A DNA stretch of 64,000 bases from Anolis carolinensis (Eukaryota), in contig NW_026943821.1 in the NCBI RefSeq assembly GCF_035594765.1, forward strand, positions 25,371,225 to 25,435,224. The letters are read 5' to 3'. Numbering within the stretch: position 1 is the stretch's first letter; each line of letters opens with the position of its first letter. The position numbers were made by a program, and so were the translations under genes. Below the pieces are notes generated by a model. The model did no database searches. It was given only the letters and a program-made list of their open reading frames with translations, and was not told where the DNA came from. Of this stretch, positions 62,500 through 64,000 are shown piece after piece.

Positions 62500-63708
62500 G
62501 TAAGTTTGGCAGAGAGCAGAGGTGGACAAGTTGTGTCCTGACCAGGGTTGTAGGATTGCAAGTCACATCAGCCCCAAGGGAGCAAAGCCAGTGGGGGAGG
62601 ATCATGTATATTGCAGGCCAGCAAACCTCCTGCTATACAGGAACACAGAATCAAAGCCAATGTTGTGGCAACTCTTTTTTCATTTGACTCTTATTATTTA
62701 TTTATTTATTTATTTATTTAACACATTTATATCCCGCCCTTCTCACCCCGAAGGGGACTCAGAGCAGCTTACAAATTAAATTTACACACAGTATTAAATT
62801 ATTAATCTTGGACATGCTTAAAATTAATCTTGGACATGCTTAAAATCTTGGACATGCTTAAAATCTAATCTTGGACAAGCTTAAAATTTTATATAATGTG
62901 ATTTTATTTTCTAATGGTATCTGTTTTATATGAATTGTTGTTTTGTAGATTGTTTTATATGAATTGTTGTTTTTACATTGTTTTTAGGCGTTGAATTTTC
63001 GCCTATTTATTGTAAGCCGCTTTGAGTCCCCTCGGGGAGAAAGGTGGGGTAAAAGTGATGTAAATAAATAATAAATAAATTAGCATAGCACAATACTGGC
63101 AATAAATTACTATATTGTACTACAGTAGAGAATCACTTATCCAAGCCTCGCTTATCCAAGCCTCTGGATAATCCAAGCCATTTTTGTAGTCAATGTTTTT
63201 AATATATCAAGATATTTTGGTGCTAAATTCGTAAATTCAGTAATTACAACATAACATTACTGCATATTGAACTACTTTTTCTGTCAAATTTGTTGTATAG
63301 CATGAGGTTTTGGTGCTTAATTTGTAAAATCATAACCTAATTGGATGTTTAATAGTTTTTTCCTTAATCCCTCCTTATTATCCAAGATATTCGCTTATCC
63401 AAGCTTCTGCCGGCCCGTTTAGCTTGGATAAGTTAGACTCTACTGTATATCAATATATTGTAATATTATTATTAATATTACATGTAATAGATAATATATA
63501 ATTAACATTATTATATTGTATTATTAGTATTATATTGTATTACAAAATAATATTATTAATATTATATGCATATAAAATATAATATTATATATTATTGTAA
63601 ATTATATTTTATATATATATATATATGTATATAGGTACATATGTATATATGTATGTGTGTACATATATACACATATACGTACATACATTTCTTGTTTGTT
63701 CTTTGCAG

Positions 63709-63865
63709 TTGGCTGCAGTTCACTTGGTGGATTCTCATTATTGCACGGACCCTGGCAAATTCATCTCTGTCCTCTGCACTTCCCTCTCCACCATGTTACA
63801 CGTAGAGCTGCCTCATGTCAACGTCCTCTCCAAAATGGATCTGATCGAACAATATGGAAAACTGG
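63709..63865 (+). CDS. GPN2: GPN2 next coding exon (gene continues beyond window)
   Basis: [52 protein letters not shown]. Confidence 0.95.
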
Positions 63866-64000
63866 GTAAGAGCCACTGGCCGTGGGTTCATAAAAGGCTG
63901 TGAAGTAGGTAAGCCGAGACTTGCAGAGCCGGAGTAGTGTAGTGGTTTGAGCGTTGCACTATGACTCTGGAGTCCAGAAGTCAGTTTGCTGCTTGGCCAT

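Overview
Vertebrate (squamate, Anolis-type lizard) genomic DNA, judged from Sauria SINEs, Anolis-type SINE2, Penelope, Dong/R4 and very dense MITEs. Five spliced protein-coding genes were reconstructed, all on the + strand, with GT-AG junctions and consistent phases: KDF1 (410 aa), NUDC (9 exons, 342 aa), NR0B2/SHP (2 exons, 254 aa), GPATCH3 (7 exons, 489 aa) and the 5' part of GPN2. This is the block syntenic to human 1p36.11, but NUDC here is co-directional with its neighbours. Introns and intergenic DNA are saturated with transposon-derived sequence and (AAT)n microsatellites. Most notable observations: intact minimal hammerhead ribozyme cores in Penelope repeats; a candidate frame-switching 29-nt KDF1 micro-exon; an apparently ~5.6 kb KDF1 3' UTR carrying an 11-unit higher-order stem-loop array and a ~1 kb foldback; an in-frame upstream ATG for GPN2; and recognisable ZEB, RFX and FXR/LRH-1 promoter architectures. 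I found no evidence of a wholly new gene system; the novelty candidates are RNA-structural and regulatory and are inference until tested. Repeat boundaries were read by eye and are approximate.
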